Assembly (NCBI GenBank): GCA_963850305.1
Contig: CAWKKR010000008.1
Span: 1,664,001-1,728,000 of the forward strand
Reading direction: 5' to 3'
Length of the DNA: 64,000 nt
DNA from: an uncultured delta proteobacterium
GTDB taxonomy: Bacteria; Myxococcota_A; Polyangia; Polyangiales; Polyangiaceae
Notes under the pieces: generated by a model
The model's database searches: none
Told to the model about the DNA's origin: nothing
What the model saw: only the letters and a program-made list of their open reading frames with translations
Program-made: the position numbers and the translations under genes
Shown here: in pieces, positions 1-11,244 of the stretch
How positions within the stretch are numbered: the stretch's first letter is position 1
How the letters are laid out: each line of letters starts with the position of its first letter

Positions 1-427
1 CGAGGCGGATCCCGATCAAACTCACCGGAGACATGGCCCCGAGCCGTCGAACTTCCTCGATCGCGAACTTCAGGCTGTCTTGCCACGCCTGGACCCGCGC
101 GGGGGAGGCGTCGCCACCCGGGGAATCGCCCGTCCCATGGTAGTCGAATCTGAGGACGGCGAAGCCCGCCCTTGCGAGACGTTCGGCGAGCTCGCGACAG
201 GTTTCGTGCGCGCAATTTCCCTCGTAGCCAATGGGAGGGCAAATCACGACGCCGGCCCCCCGCGCCTGGGATGAGCTCGGGTGAAACCAGCCGACACACG
301 TCGTTTCTCTGGGTCCGAACGTGATCGGGATGGCTCCTCCGCCCCCACCGAGCGGCTGGGGCTTCGACGATGTGGCGGGCGGATCTCCGAAGGAATGATT
401 CGCGTCCGCCGTTCGGCTCGTCGTCAT
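1..427 (-). CDS. Alpha/beta-fold hydrolase, N-terminal part (runs off the left edge; not in the ORF track)
   Basis: Manual translation from ATG 427 (GGAGAG upstream): MTTSRT...GWFHP...GVVICPPIGYE...LAERLARAGFAVLRFDYHGTGDSPG...VSLIGIRL. The RFDYxGTGDS and GxRLG-type motifs are typical of alpha/beta hydrolases. Confidence 0.8.
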   Translation of the reverse strand, partial: MTTSRTADANHSFGDPPATSSKPQPLGGGGGAIPITFGPRETTCVGWFHPSSSQARGAGVVICPPIGYEGNCAHETCRELAERLARAGFAVLRFDYHGTGDSPGGDASPARVQAWQDSLKFAIEEVRRLGAMSPVSLIGIRL

Positions 428-672
428 CGAGGCTCTCCGTCCCCGCGGTCTCGAAGCGGCGTCGAATCGGTCGGTCGTGACGTACGTGCCACATGAGTCG
501 CTTCGAGTCGGCGCGCTCGTTCGACGTATCGCCGGTGCCGCGCGTTGCGCCGTTTCTCCGAATCGTTCACGCCGGGTGACGAAGCAATGTCCGGGCCGGG
601 GGGCGCGAGCGCCAACTCCCGCGATCGGTGCGTTCATCCAGCAGCCTGACGACGACCTATGGGTCGTTCGTT

Positions 673-981
673 TCAACAGTCGTCGAGAAGCGCCAGAAGC
701 TCATGCTTTGTTTTCGAGTCCCCCTTCTGGGTCGCAAGCTCGATGCCTGATTCGATCCACTCCCGCGCGTCCGCGGTGCGTCCCTCCTCGGACAGCAGCT
801 GGCCCGCCATCAGGTACATCGGCAAGTAGCCGGCGTCCGTACCGCGCAATCGGTCGAACACCGAGATAGCTTCGGCGGCTCGTCCTTCTTTTCGATATTC
901 CATTGCAAGCCCGTAGAGGGCGAACGAGTCGGCCTTCCCGGATGCGGCCAGCACTTCCAAAAACTCGAGGCGTTTTGACAT
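673..981 (-). CDS. Small TPR-repeat protein
   Basis: 102 aa with TPR-like helices (FALYGLAMEY...EAISVF; YLMAGQLL...AREW), 3 bp downstream of the helicase stop. Confidence 0.75.
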   Translation of the reverse strand: MSKRLEFLEVLAASGKADSFALYGLAMEYRKEGRAAEAISVFDRLRGTDAGYLPMYLMAGQLLSEEGRTADAREWIESGIELATQKGDSKTKHELLALLDDC

Positions 982-984
982 GTC

Positions 985-3207
985 TCACTCGAAGCTCAGA
1001 TAGTCGGCGCGCACCTTGCGTGGACCGAACCCGGGGAAATGCGCGACGACGGTCGGCGGCGCGCCCGCTTCCACGCTCTTCACGACCCCCTTGCCGAACC
1101 GCTTGTGAAAAACGCGAGCTCCCGGACGGACGCCTTGCGACCCCTCGTCGGAGCGCACGTCGTCGAAGGCGTCGTAGTCGACGACTCTGTCACCCGGGGC
1201 GAGAAGCGGCGTCGAATTTCCCGCATACGCGGTGATCGCGTCGGATTGCCTTCCGTATGCCGACGCGCGATTGCCCCACGAGACCTGGCCTTCTCGCACG
1301 ACGACCTCCTCCGGAAGGTCGGCAAGAAACCGACTGGGCACGAGGTACTGCGTCCGTCCGAAGAGGGAGCGCATCGAAGCATGTGTGATGAGGAGCTTCT
1401 CTCGCGCACGAGTGATCGCGACGTAAGCCAGGCGGCGCTCTTCATCGAGCTCTTCGGTGCGGTCGGAGTCCAGCCCCTTGTAAGGGAAAGTCTCCTCCTC
1501 CATGCCCGTCAGGATCACGGTCCGGAATTCGAGCCCCTTGGCGCCGTGTACCGTCATCAATGCGACGGAAGGCGCGTCCTTCAGCGCATCCACGTCACTC
1601 ACGAGGGACACGCGCTCCACATACCCGCTCAGCGTCGGCGTGTCGCCCGCTTGTTCGGCGTCTTCTTCGTATTCGCGGATGGACCCGAGGAGTTCCTCGA
1701 TGTTTTCGAGTCGCGCGTCCGCTTCCGCCGAGTCTTCTTTTCTGAGCTCCGTGCGATATCCCGTCTCTTCGAGAACTCGGTTCGCCAGGTCGTGCGGCGC
1801 GAGCCGTCGCGCCTCTTCACGCAGGTCGTCCACCAGCTTGCGAAATCCGGCAAGACTCTTCTGGGCCGCAGGCTTGAGTACTCCGTTGGATGAGACTCCT
1901 GGAATCGACTCGAACAGACTCGTGCCGCACCTGGTCGCTTCCCTCGTCAGGGCCTGAACCGTCTTGTCACCGATGCCACGCGCGGGGACGTTGACGATAC
2001 GCAGGAAGTCGGCGTCGCTTCGCGGGTTGTCGACGATTCTGAGATAAGCAATGACGTTCTTCACCTCGGCACGCTCGAAGAACTTCATGCCGCCGACGAC
2101 CTGGTAGGGAAGGTTCTCGGCGCGGAGAGCTTCCTCGAGGACGCGGGACTGAGCGTGCACACGATAGAAGACGGCGATCTCGCTGGCGGGGACGCCGGAC
2201 GCCACCTCTCGCTCGATCACGCGGACGACGTGCGCCGCTTCCTCGCGTTCGTCCCGGACCAATCGCACGTGGATCTTCTCCCCGCTCGGCGCGTCCGTGA
2301 AGAGGTTCTTCGGTTCGCGACCGGTCGCGCTCTTGATGATGCCTAGCGCCCCAGCGACGATGTTCCCGGTCGACCGGTAGTTTTGCTCCAACTTCACGAT
2401 CGTCGCGTCGGGGAAATCGTGGCGAAAACCGAGGATGTTGCGAATGTCCGCCCCTCTCCAGCTGTAGATCGACTGATCGTCATCCCCGACGACGCACAAG
2501 TTACGGTCCGCGAGGGACAGTGCGCGCACGAGACGATACTGGATGGCGTTGGTGTCTTGAAATTCGTCGACGAGAACGAATCGGAAGCGGCCGCGCAGTT
2601 CCTCTCCGGCCGCCGTTCGGCTCTCCGCGATGCGGAGGACATGCAAGATCAAGTCTTCGAAGTCGACCGCGTTGGAACGGAGCAGTGCACTCTGATATTC
2701 CCGGTAGGCGTCGCGCGTCGCCGCGTCGAACTCCCTCTCGACCTTGACGGACTCCGGTCCGATGCCCTCGCGCTTCTGTCGCTGTACGAGTGAGAGCACT
2801 AGCTTCGGCGGGTAAACGCGGTCACTCAAGTTCAGGTCGCGGAGCGCCCGCGTCATGAGCGCTTTCTGATCCGAGTCGTCGTAGATCACGAAGTCTTTTT
2901 CGAGTCCGACCTCCGCGTGATATCGGCGGAGCAAGCGTGCGCATACGGAGTGGAACGTACCGGCCCAGAGATCTCGCGTCATCGACTCGCCCGCGATGGA
3001 AGCGAGGCGCGCTCGCAGCTCTCCCGCCGCCTTGTTCGTGAATGTTACGGCGAGGATGCGGTAAGGTGGGACCCCCTGCTCTGCGAGCAGGTTACCGATC
3101 CGATACGTGATGACGCGCGTTTTGCCGCTGCCTGCACCAGCGAACACGAGCAGGGGTCCCCGTTCGTGGAGCACCGCTTTCCGCTGGGCGTCATTCAGCT
3201 CGGGCAT
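985..3207 (-). CDS. pcrA: UvrD/PcrA superfamily 1 DNA helicase
   Basis: LNDAQ Q-motif, AGAGSGKT Walker A, VDEFQDTN, VGDDDQSIYSWRGA, LEQNYRS, TVHGAKGLEF, EERRLAYVAITRA, C-terminal Tudor-like HKRFGKG. Start set at MPELN. Confidence 0.93.
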   Translation of the reverse strand: MPELNDAQRKAVLHERGPLLVFAGAGSGKTRVITYRIGNLLAEQGVPPYRILAVTFTNKAAGELRARLASIAGESMTRDLWAGTFHSVCARLLRRYHAEVGLEKDFVIYDDSDQKALMTRALRDLNLSDRVYPPKLVLSLVQRQKREGIGPESVKVEREFDAATRDAYREYQSALLRSNAVDFEDLILHVLRIAESRTAAGEELRGRFRFVLVDEFQDTNAIQYRLVRALSLADRNLCVVGDDDQSIYSWRGADIRNILGFRHDFPDATIVKLEQNYRSTGNIVAGALGIIKSATGREPKNLFTDAPSGEKIHVRLVRDEREEAAHVVRVIEREVASGVPASEIAVFYRVHAQSRVLEEALRAENLPYQVVGGMKFFERAEVKNVIAYLRIVDNPRSDADFLRIVNVPARGIGDKTVQALTREATRCGTSLFESIPGVSSNGVLKPAAQKSLAGFRKLVDDLREEARRLAPHDLANRVLEETGYRTELRKEDSAEADARLENIEELLGSIREYEEDAEQAGDTPTLSGYVERVSLVSDVDALKDAPSVALMTVHGAKGLEFRTVILTGMEEETFPYKGLDSDRTEELDEERRLAYVAITRAREKLLITHASMRSLFGRTQYLVPSRFLADLPEEVVVREGQVSWGNRASAYGRQSDAITAYAGNSTPLLAPGDRVVDYDAFDDVRSDEGSQGVRPGARVFHKRFGKGVVKSVEAGAPPTVVAHFPGFGPRKVRADYLSFE

Positions 3208-3293
3208 GAGTTCGTCTACCGCGAGACCGCCTTCGGCGCGAGCCTCCGGGCTCGCAAGGATTCGTTTTCGGTGAAAGGCCTGGCTCCATCGGA

Positions 3294-4367
3294 ATGAGTG
3301 ATGACGCGTGCGAGTCCGTTCCCGCCGCCGCGGCGCCGCCCCCGCGCGAGGCGCTCGTCCCGGACGCGCTCGCGGTCCGATTTTCGTCGGACCGCGCGGT
3401 CGTCCCGACGGAGTGCGCCTGCTGCGGCGATGTCGGATCGCGAACGGTCCGCGAAGCTCGTCTCCTCGACGGCGCGCTGATCCTCGTCCCGTATTGCGGG
3501 GAGTGCCACCGCCACGTCTCGAGGAGCGCCACACGCAGGATCGCCGTCGGACTGTCCGCCGTTCTTCTCACCTCGGCATTCGCCTTTGGCGCTCCGTTCG
3601 TCATCGTGCCGAGAGGATTCTTCTGGTTCTTCACTCTGGTCTGCGCCGGCGCCCTCTTCCCGCTCTTCGTGTCATGGCGCTTCCCGCAGCCCCGTGCCGG
3701 TGGTCACGCCGTGGCGGGTCGCGCCGTGTTCTTCCGTTACGACGGCGCTCTGGTCTGCGCGGTGCGCTCTTGGGGCGAGCGGCTCGCTCGTGAAAGCGGA
3801 CTGACGTCCTGCCCCGTCACCTTCCGCGAGCGCGTCTATCCGGCCTGGGCGGCGGCGTTTTCGACCGTCGTTTTGCTCGCGACACCGTTCGTTTATCGAT
3901 TCCATTTTCCGGCGATCCGGATCATCGACGTGGCGGACCGACCGCTGGTGATTCGTGTCGACGGCAGGATCGTTGCTCGCGTGGAGGCGACGAGCGGCGA
4001 AAGCCCGACGGCCGGCGCCAGCGTGCGGGTGCGCGCTGGACGGCGGACGTTCACGGCCACCGATCCCGAGGGACGTGTCCGGGACGTGCGCGCCGTCGAC
4101 GTTCACCCGGGGGGAGCGCATCTCTATGCGCCGGACAGCGACGGGACCTGCTTCTGGGTCGAGACAACGGGGTACGGACGACGTCTCGACGTGGGCACCG
4201 AGCGCGCTTCCCTTCCCGCCGACACGAATTTCTGGGAACTGCCGCTCGGCGTCGACTTCTGGTTCGCGCCCCCGCCACCTCCGGGCACCGACGGCTATTC
4301 GACCGGGGGGATCGTCCGGGCATTGCGTCAGTCGCGGTGCGACGAAGCTCCAGAAGGCGTGCGTTGA
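3294..4367 (+). CDS. Hypothetical membrane protein with N-terminal Cys-pair (Zn-ribbon-like) motif
   Basis: CACC...CGEC pairs, about 3 hydrophobic segments, beta-rich C-terminus; fills the gap between pcrA and grpE. Confidence 0.55.
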   Translation: MSDDACESVPAAAAPPPREALVPDALAVRFSSDRAVVPTECACCGDVGSRTVREARLLDGALILVPYCGECHRHVSRSATRRIAVGLSAVLLTSAFAFGAPFVIVPRGFFWFFTLVCAGALFPLFVSWRFPQPRAGGHAVAGRAVFFRYDGALVCAVRSWGERLARESGLTSCPVTFRERVYPAWAAAFSTVVLLATPFVYRFHFPAIRIIDVADRPLVIRVDGRIVARVEATSGESPTAGASVRVRAGRRTFTATDPEGRVRDVRAVDVHPGGAHLYAPDSDGTCFWVETTGYGRRLDVGTERASLPADTNFWELPLGVDFWFAPPPPPGTDGYSTGGIVRALRQSRCDEAPEGVR

Positions 4368-4397
4368 GTTGCGGCCGACGCAAAGTGATTATAGTAC

Positions 4398-4967
4398 GTG
4401 CGAACTGTGCAGGACGAAGAACGGAACGGAGACGGAGCCCCCCATATCGGGGCGGAGGTTACTGGAGACATCCCGCCGAGCGAGCCCGCTATGGCGGTGG
4501 CGTCGCCCGATGCGGTCGAGCTTCTGAAGCAAGAGGCCGCTCGATACAAGGACCAGCTACTGAGGACGGCCGCCGACTTCGATAATTTCAAGAAGCGAAC
4601 GCGCAAGGAATCGTCGGAAGCCGAAAAGAAGGGGCGGGAGGAGATTTTGCGTGACCTGCTGCCCGTCTTCGACAATCTCGAGCGCGCCATGACGCACGCG
4701 GAGAAGGCCACGGACGTTCAGTCTGTCTCGGACGGTATCCGCATGGTGCTGAGGCAGTTCATGGACACGCTGACCAGGCTGGGTATCGAGCGCGTCGCGA
4801 CCGTCGGGCTGCCCTTCGATCCGTCGGTGCATGAGGCGATCCAGCATCTGGAGAGTACCGAGCATCCGGCCGGGACCGTGGCTGTCGAGATCCAGGGCGG
4901 CTACCGGACTCCGGAGCGGCTGATCCGCCCGGCGATGGTCGTCGTCGCGAAGGCGCCTCAGGGGTGA
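4398..4967 (+). CDS. grpE: Nucleotide exchange factor GrpE
   Basis: LRTAADFDNFKKR, LLPVFDNLERA, FDPSVHEAI, GY...RLIRPAMVVV; directly upstream of dnaK. Start may be GTG 4407. Confidence 0.95.
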   Translation: MRTVQDEERNGDGAPHIGAEVTGDIPPSEPAMAVASPDAVELLKQEAARYKDQLLRTAADFDNFKKRTRKESSEAEKKGREEILRDLLPVFDNLERAMTHAEKATDVQSVSDGIRMVLRQFMDTLTRLGIERVATVGLPFDPSVHEAIQHLESTEHPAGTVAVEIQGGYRTPERLIRPAMVVVAKAPQG

Positions 4968-5078
4968 CTTCCGGCGTTGTGGCGGCGCGAAAATCGCGGC
5001 GCGAGTGCTTGCCTGGCAGACTTTGCTGTGTGGTCGACGCCGCGCCCGCCGCCGGGCTATCCTCGTTTCTCCGGGGCC

Positions 5079-6938
<1,860 letters not shown>

Positions 6939-6953
6939 CCGGGGCGCCCTTCC

Positions 6954-9900
6954 ATGACCGGCGTGGGGCAACGAAGAACTCTCGGCCGCTACGAGCTGCT
7001 CGAATTGATCGGCCGCGGAAGTGCCACCGAGGCGTTCCGCGCGAAGAGCTTCGGGGTCGAGGGGTTCGAGAAACGGCTGGTGGTCAAGCGAGTCCTCCCG
7101 AACCTTGCGGCGTCGGATGAGTTCCTGGGAAGGTTCCTCGAGCACGTTCAGCGCGCCATGCGGCTTTCGCACGCCAATCTCGCGCAGGTGTTCGACCTCG
7201 GACGAGACGAAGACGCCGCGACCTACTTTCTCGCTACCGAATACGTGTCGGGGCTCGACGCTGGGACATTGATCGAGCGCGCCGCTGCCATCGATACTCT
7301 GCTACCCCTCCCGATCGCCGCGTATCTCGCGCTCGAGGTGGGGAAGGCGCTCGATCACGCGCACCGTCGCAAGGACGAACAGCTCCAGCCGCTCGGCATC
7401 GTCCACGGCGCCGTCGCACCGCACAACGTGCTCGTCAGCTTCGACGGTGACGTCAAAGTCACGGACTTCGGCGTCATGCGGGCGCTCGTCGACCTCGAAC
7501 CTCGCAGGGAATCGCTCGGGCGAGCGTATGCGGTGATGGCGCCCGAGCAAGCGCGTGGCGAAAAGCCGACAGTGGCGAGTGACGTGTTCTCGCTGGGCGC
7601 GTTCTTCTACGCGGCGCTCGCCGGAGCCGCGCCGTTCGCCGCGCCGACCGCGGAGGGCGCGCTGACTCGCGCAGCTCGTCATCAAATGGTTCCCCTGCTC
7701 ACCATCAGGCCCGGGGTGCCGCCCCCCGTCGCGGCGGCCGTCACGCGCGCACTCGCGCCCGATCCCGCGGATCGCTTCCCGTCGGTGTCGTCGTTCTACG
7801 AAGAACTTCTCGCGTCGGTCCATGCTTGCGGACTTCGCTGCGGAGCGACGGACGTCGCGGCCTTCGTAGATCAGTACCGCGAGGCTCCGGAAACGCTGCC
7901 GACCGAGGGGGTCGACGCGCTGCTGTCGCGACCGATCACCATTCCGCCCGAAGCTCGGTCGATCGACCCCGGGCCGTCGACCGTCCCACCGCTTACCGGT
8001 TTCGACGAGACCCGGCATGTCTCCGCACTCGTGGCCACCTTTCGACAACGAGGTTTGCTGACCGACGTTCTGCGTGAGCGGATGCGCGCCGTCGTCGCTC
8101 GTTACGGCGGCACCGTGGTCGGCGAGACCGACGGCGAGCTGGCGGCGCTCTTCGGTCTCGAGGACTCCGACGGTCGCGATATGGAGGTGGCAGTACGTTG
8201 CGGACTCGTGCTCGTGCGAACGCTGGACGTCGCGGACGTGGGGCCCTCCGTGGGCATCAACGCCGGACGTCTTCGCCAGGGGGATGAAGACGTGCGCGGG
8301 AGCGGAAGCCGAACCGAGCGACTCCTTTCTTCCGCTCGAACCCTCGCGGCCGAGGCACCGCGTGTCGTCGGCATCCCTCGACGATTGGCGCCGGCGCTTC
8401 ATGGCCGATTTTCGTTCGAGCTCATGGGTTCCGCGATCCGCGTGACCGAATTTGCTCAGGACGGCTACGACGATGCATTCGTAGGCCGGCGCGAGGAGCT
8501 GCAATCTCTTGGCGAGACGCTCGTCACCGCGGCACGCGGTTCGCTCAGGCTGCTTCGAATCGTCGGCGAGCCCGGCGTCGGAAAGACCCGACTCGCCGTG
8601 GAGATGAAACGCCGACTCGCTCGCGGTTCGATCGATCTCCAGACGTTCATAGCGTCGTGTCCGCCGCGAGGAGGTGAGCTCTTGCACAGCGGCGTCGTCG
8701 CGATGCTACGGCGAATCTGCGGCGTTCGCGACGGAGAGCCGCCGTCGCGCATCGACGCACTCGAACCGAGATTGCGTGCGCTCGGTCTCGACGCGGACGA
8801 GACGCACGTCGTGCTGCGCGAGCTCGGAGCCGGGTCGTCCTCCCCTCGACTGGCCACTTCGAGCGTCCTCAGAAACGCCGTGCTCCGCATGATGCACAGC
8901 CTCGCGGAGGACAAGTTCACCGTCTTCATCTGGGACGACGCGCACGAGCTCGATCCCGTGAGCGCGGAAATCATCGTTCGCGCGACCACCCGCCTGGCCC
9001 ATTCGCGACTCGCGCTCGTCGTTTGTGCACGCGACATTCCGGGCGCGACGGTGCTCGATCAGTCGGTGCACGCGCAGCTTCGGCTGGAGGCAATGTCGTC
9101 GTCGGACGTGGAGAGGCTGGTCGCCGCAAGGCTCGGCGTCGATCGTCCCCCACCCGCGTTGCTGGAATTCCTCCGCGAACGGGCGTCAGGGTTGCCGATG
9201 TTCGTCGAGGAGCTTCTCTCGCAGCTCGGGGATCGCGGTGCGTTGCGCGTCGAGAACGGTGAAGTGGCCGTCCTATCGCTCGATGACGGCGTCGACGTTC
9301 CGCGCACGCTGCGTGCGCTCACCTTCGGGCGCCTTCAACGTCTGACCGATGACGAACGTCACTTGTTCGTCGCCGCCGCCGTACTCGAGCCACCGGTGGC
9401 CGTCGCGCTGCTCGCCCGCATGGTCAATCTCCCGCAAGACCACGTCGACGCGGTCGTCGAGGCCTTGATGTCCCGCGGCCTTCTGCGGCGTGAGGGCTCA
9501 CTTGCCTTCGGATTTCCATCACCGCTCGTCCGCGAGGTCGTTCTCGCAGAGCTCGATGCCGACGACCTCGCGAACCTCCACCGCCGGGCCGCGAGCGCCC
9601 ACGTGGCCATTCTGGGGCCGCGGCTCGACGAGGAGGCAGACCGCCCGGGCTACCACCTGGCGGCAGCGGGAGACCGTGACGCGGCGGCGGACTTCTACTC
9701 GCGAGGGGGCCTGCACGCGCTCGCTGTGCGGAAACTGGAACGTGCCACGCTCGACCTCGCGTACGCCCTCGAACTCACCGATCTCGAGCATCGCGCCGCC
9801 GCGCAGATCGGCAATTGGCTGAGTGCTCTGACGACGGCCGTCCGCTACGTTCGAACGGGCCCCAATCTCCCGGCGCTCATCGAGCGGCTCGTCGAACGAG

Positions 9901-10787
9901 CGCTCGGCCCCGGCGTGGACCCGTTGCTCCGAGCTCACATGCGGATCGACCTCGCCCGTATCCTGGGCAGCCTCGATCAGGAGCTCGCCGCAGAATCTCT
10001 GCTCGACCGTGGGGCGTCGGATATCACCGGCGACCCCGGCGTCATCACGGAATACCTCGTCACCCACGCGGAGCTCACGTCGAGCCGCGGCGAGCTCCGT
10101 CTCGCGCGGCGGTCGCTGGATCCTCTCGCTCGGTCGAAGATCGCAAGCCCGTCGCAGCTTCATCGCATCGCGCTCAGCATGTCCCGCACGCTCGGGGGGA
10201 GCGGCAAGATCGACGCCGCCCGGACTGCACTCGACGATGCCGCCAAGCTCGTCCCTCCGAACGATCCCTTGCTCGCATTCGACCGAGCCGCAGCGAGGAT
10301 CGCTCTCCACGAGAACGCTGGCGAATGGCGCGAGGCGGCCGAATCCAGCATGCTGGCGGCATCTCAGGCCGAGGAACTGGGGCTCGTGTACGAGGTCGCC
10401 TCCAGTCTCGTCGATCAGGCGGTGGCCCTCGCGCGGCTCGGCGACCTCGGCCGGGCCAGCGCCGCCAGCGCCTCGGCGCTCTCGGCGGCCGAGGAGGTTT
10501 CGGCCGAGCGGGTGCTCCTCCGTTGTCATCTCGTTCGGGGCTACGTGGACGCACTGGACGGCAAGGGCTCGCTCGAGTCCGGTCGCGCACAGGTCGCCGT
10601 CGCCGAAAGCCGCGGTTGGATTCGAGATGCGCTTCTCTGCCGCTACCTGCTCGGTCGCGTCGCCGTGGAGAAGGGCGCTCGTGACGAGGCCCGAGAGGAA
10701 TTACTTCTCGGCTCCCGGATCGCCGCTTCCACGGGCAATCACGCGTACGCCGACCAGTTTGCCCTGGAGCTCGACAAACTCGGGTAA
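6954..10787 (+). CDS. Multidomain Ser/Thr kinase-like / cyclase-like / P-loop ATPase / TPR signalling protein (kinase probably inactive)
   Basis: N-terminal kinase fold (VVKRV, DFG, MAPE) with HGAVAPHN in place of HRDxxPxN; degenerate class III cyclase-like segment; FVGRREEL, GEPGVGKT, WDDAH, GLPMFVEE; helical C-terminus. Confidence 0.85.
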   Translation: MTGVGQRRTLGRYELLELIGRGSATEAFRAKSFGVEGFEKRLVVKRVLPNLAASDEFLGRFLEHVQRAMRLSHANLAQVFDLGRDEDAATYFLATEYVSGLDAGTLIERAAAIDTLLPLPIAAYLALEVGKALDHAHRRKDEQLQPLGIVHGAVAPHNVLVSFDGDVKVTDFGVMRALVDLEPRRESLGRAYAVMAPEQARGEKPTVASDVFSLGAFFYAALAGAAPFAAPTAEGALTRAARHQMVPLLTIRPGVPPPVAAAVTRALAPDPADRFPSVSSFYEELLASVHACGLRCGATDVAAFVDQYREAPETLPTEGVDALLSRPITIPPEARSIDPGPSTVPPLTGFDETRHVSALVATFRQRGLLTDVLRERMRAVVARYGGTVVGETDGELAALFGLEDSDGRDMEVAVRCGLVLVRTLDVADVGPSVGINAGRLRQGDEDVRGSGSRTERLLSSARTLAAEAPRVVGIPRRLAPALHGRFSFELMGSAIRVTEFAQDGYDDAFVGRREELQSLGETLVTAARGSLRLLRIVGEPGVGKTRLAVEMKRRLARGSIDLQTFIASCPPRGGELLHSGVVAMLRRICGVRDGEPPSRIDALEPRLRALGLDADETHVVLRELGAGSSSPRLATSSVLRNAVLRMMHSLAEDKFTVFIWDDAHELDPVSAEIIVRATTRLAHSRLALVVCARDIPGATVLDQSVHAQLRLEAMSSSDVERLVAARLGVDRPPPALLEFLRERASGLPMFVEELLSQLGDRGALRVENGEVAVLSLDDGVDVPRTLRALTFGRLQRLTDDERHLFVAAAVLEPPVAVALLARMVNLPQDHVDAVVEALMSRGLLRREGSLAFGFPSPLVREVVLAELDADDLANLHRRAASAHVAILGPRLDEEADRPGYHLAAAGDRDAAADFYSRGGLHALAVRKLERATLDLAYALELTDLEHRAAAQIGNWLSALTTAVRYVRTGPNLPALIERLVERALGPGVDPLLRAHMRIDLARILGSLDQELAAESLLDRGASDITGDPGVITEYLVTHAELTSSRGELRLARRSLDPLARSKIASPSQLHRIALSMSRTLGGSGKIDAARTALDDAAKLVPPNDPLLAFDRAAARIALHENAGEWREAAESSMLAASQAEELGLVYEVASSLVDQAVALARLGDLGRASAASASALSAAEEVSAERVLLRCHLVRGYVDALDGKGSLESGRAQVAVAESRGWIRDALLCRYLLGRVAVEKGARDEAREELLLGSRIAASTGNHAYADQFALELDKLG

Positions 10788-10804
10788 CCGCGAGCCCAGC
10801 GGAG

Positions 10805-11200
10805 TCAGTTCCTGCCCGAGAGGGCAGGGTGGAATAGAAACTGAATCTGGTTGTCTTCCGGATCGAGCGCGTAGAAGGAGCGGCACCCGTCCCGATGTGT
10901 CTTCGGTGCGGCAGCGATCCGGGCTCCGAGGCGCGCCAGATGTTTTGCCCAAGCGTCGACGTCTTCCGGCGCGTCCACCAGCACGCCGATGTGATCGAGG
11001 CGAGTCTCGCGGCTCGGTTCGCCGGAGTCGACGTGCAAGGCCAGGCTGTCTTCGCCGTTCGTGAGATAGAGATTTTCGGGATCGGGCCGCCACTCTTCGC
11101 GATAGCCGAGCAGGCCCACGTAGAACCTTTCCATCGCAGCGAGGTCACGACACTTGAGCGCCACATGGCGCAGCCCGCGCGTTCGTCGAGGCTCGTTCAT
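10805..11200 (-). CDS. VOC/glyoxalase family protein
   Basis: GLRHVAL...FYVGLLG...LDHIG...SFYALDPEDNQIQ. Confidence 0.85.
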   Translation of the reverse strand: MNEPRRTRGLRHVALKCRDLAAMERFYVGLLGYREEWRPDPENLYLTNGEDSLALHVDSGEPSRETRLDHIGVLVDAPEDVDAWAKHLARLGARIAAAPKTHRDGCRSFYALDPEDNQIQFLFHPALSGRN

Positions 11201-11244
11201 GCGGCTTCACATAGCACCGCCGCAAAGGACCGCGCGAACCGGGC

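Noticed and set aside
3208..3534. N-terminal extensions in the ORF track (pcrA; also dnaK, OM barrel, ccmE, moeA, mobA, ugd, EEP)
   Set aside because: They overlap neighbouring genes or have Arg/Pro-rich non-coding character; starts were trimmed to where homology motifs begin.
4360..4400. CIRCE or sigma32 heat-shock element before grpE
   Set aside because: No TTAGCACTC-N9-GAGTGCTAA; only a TATAGT -10-like hexamer without a well-spaced -35.
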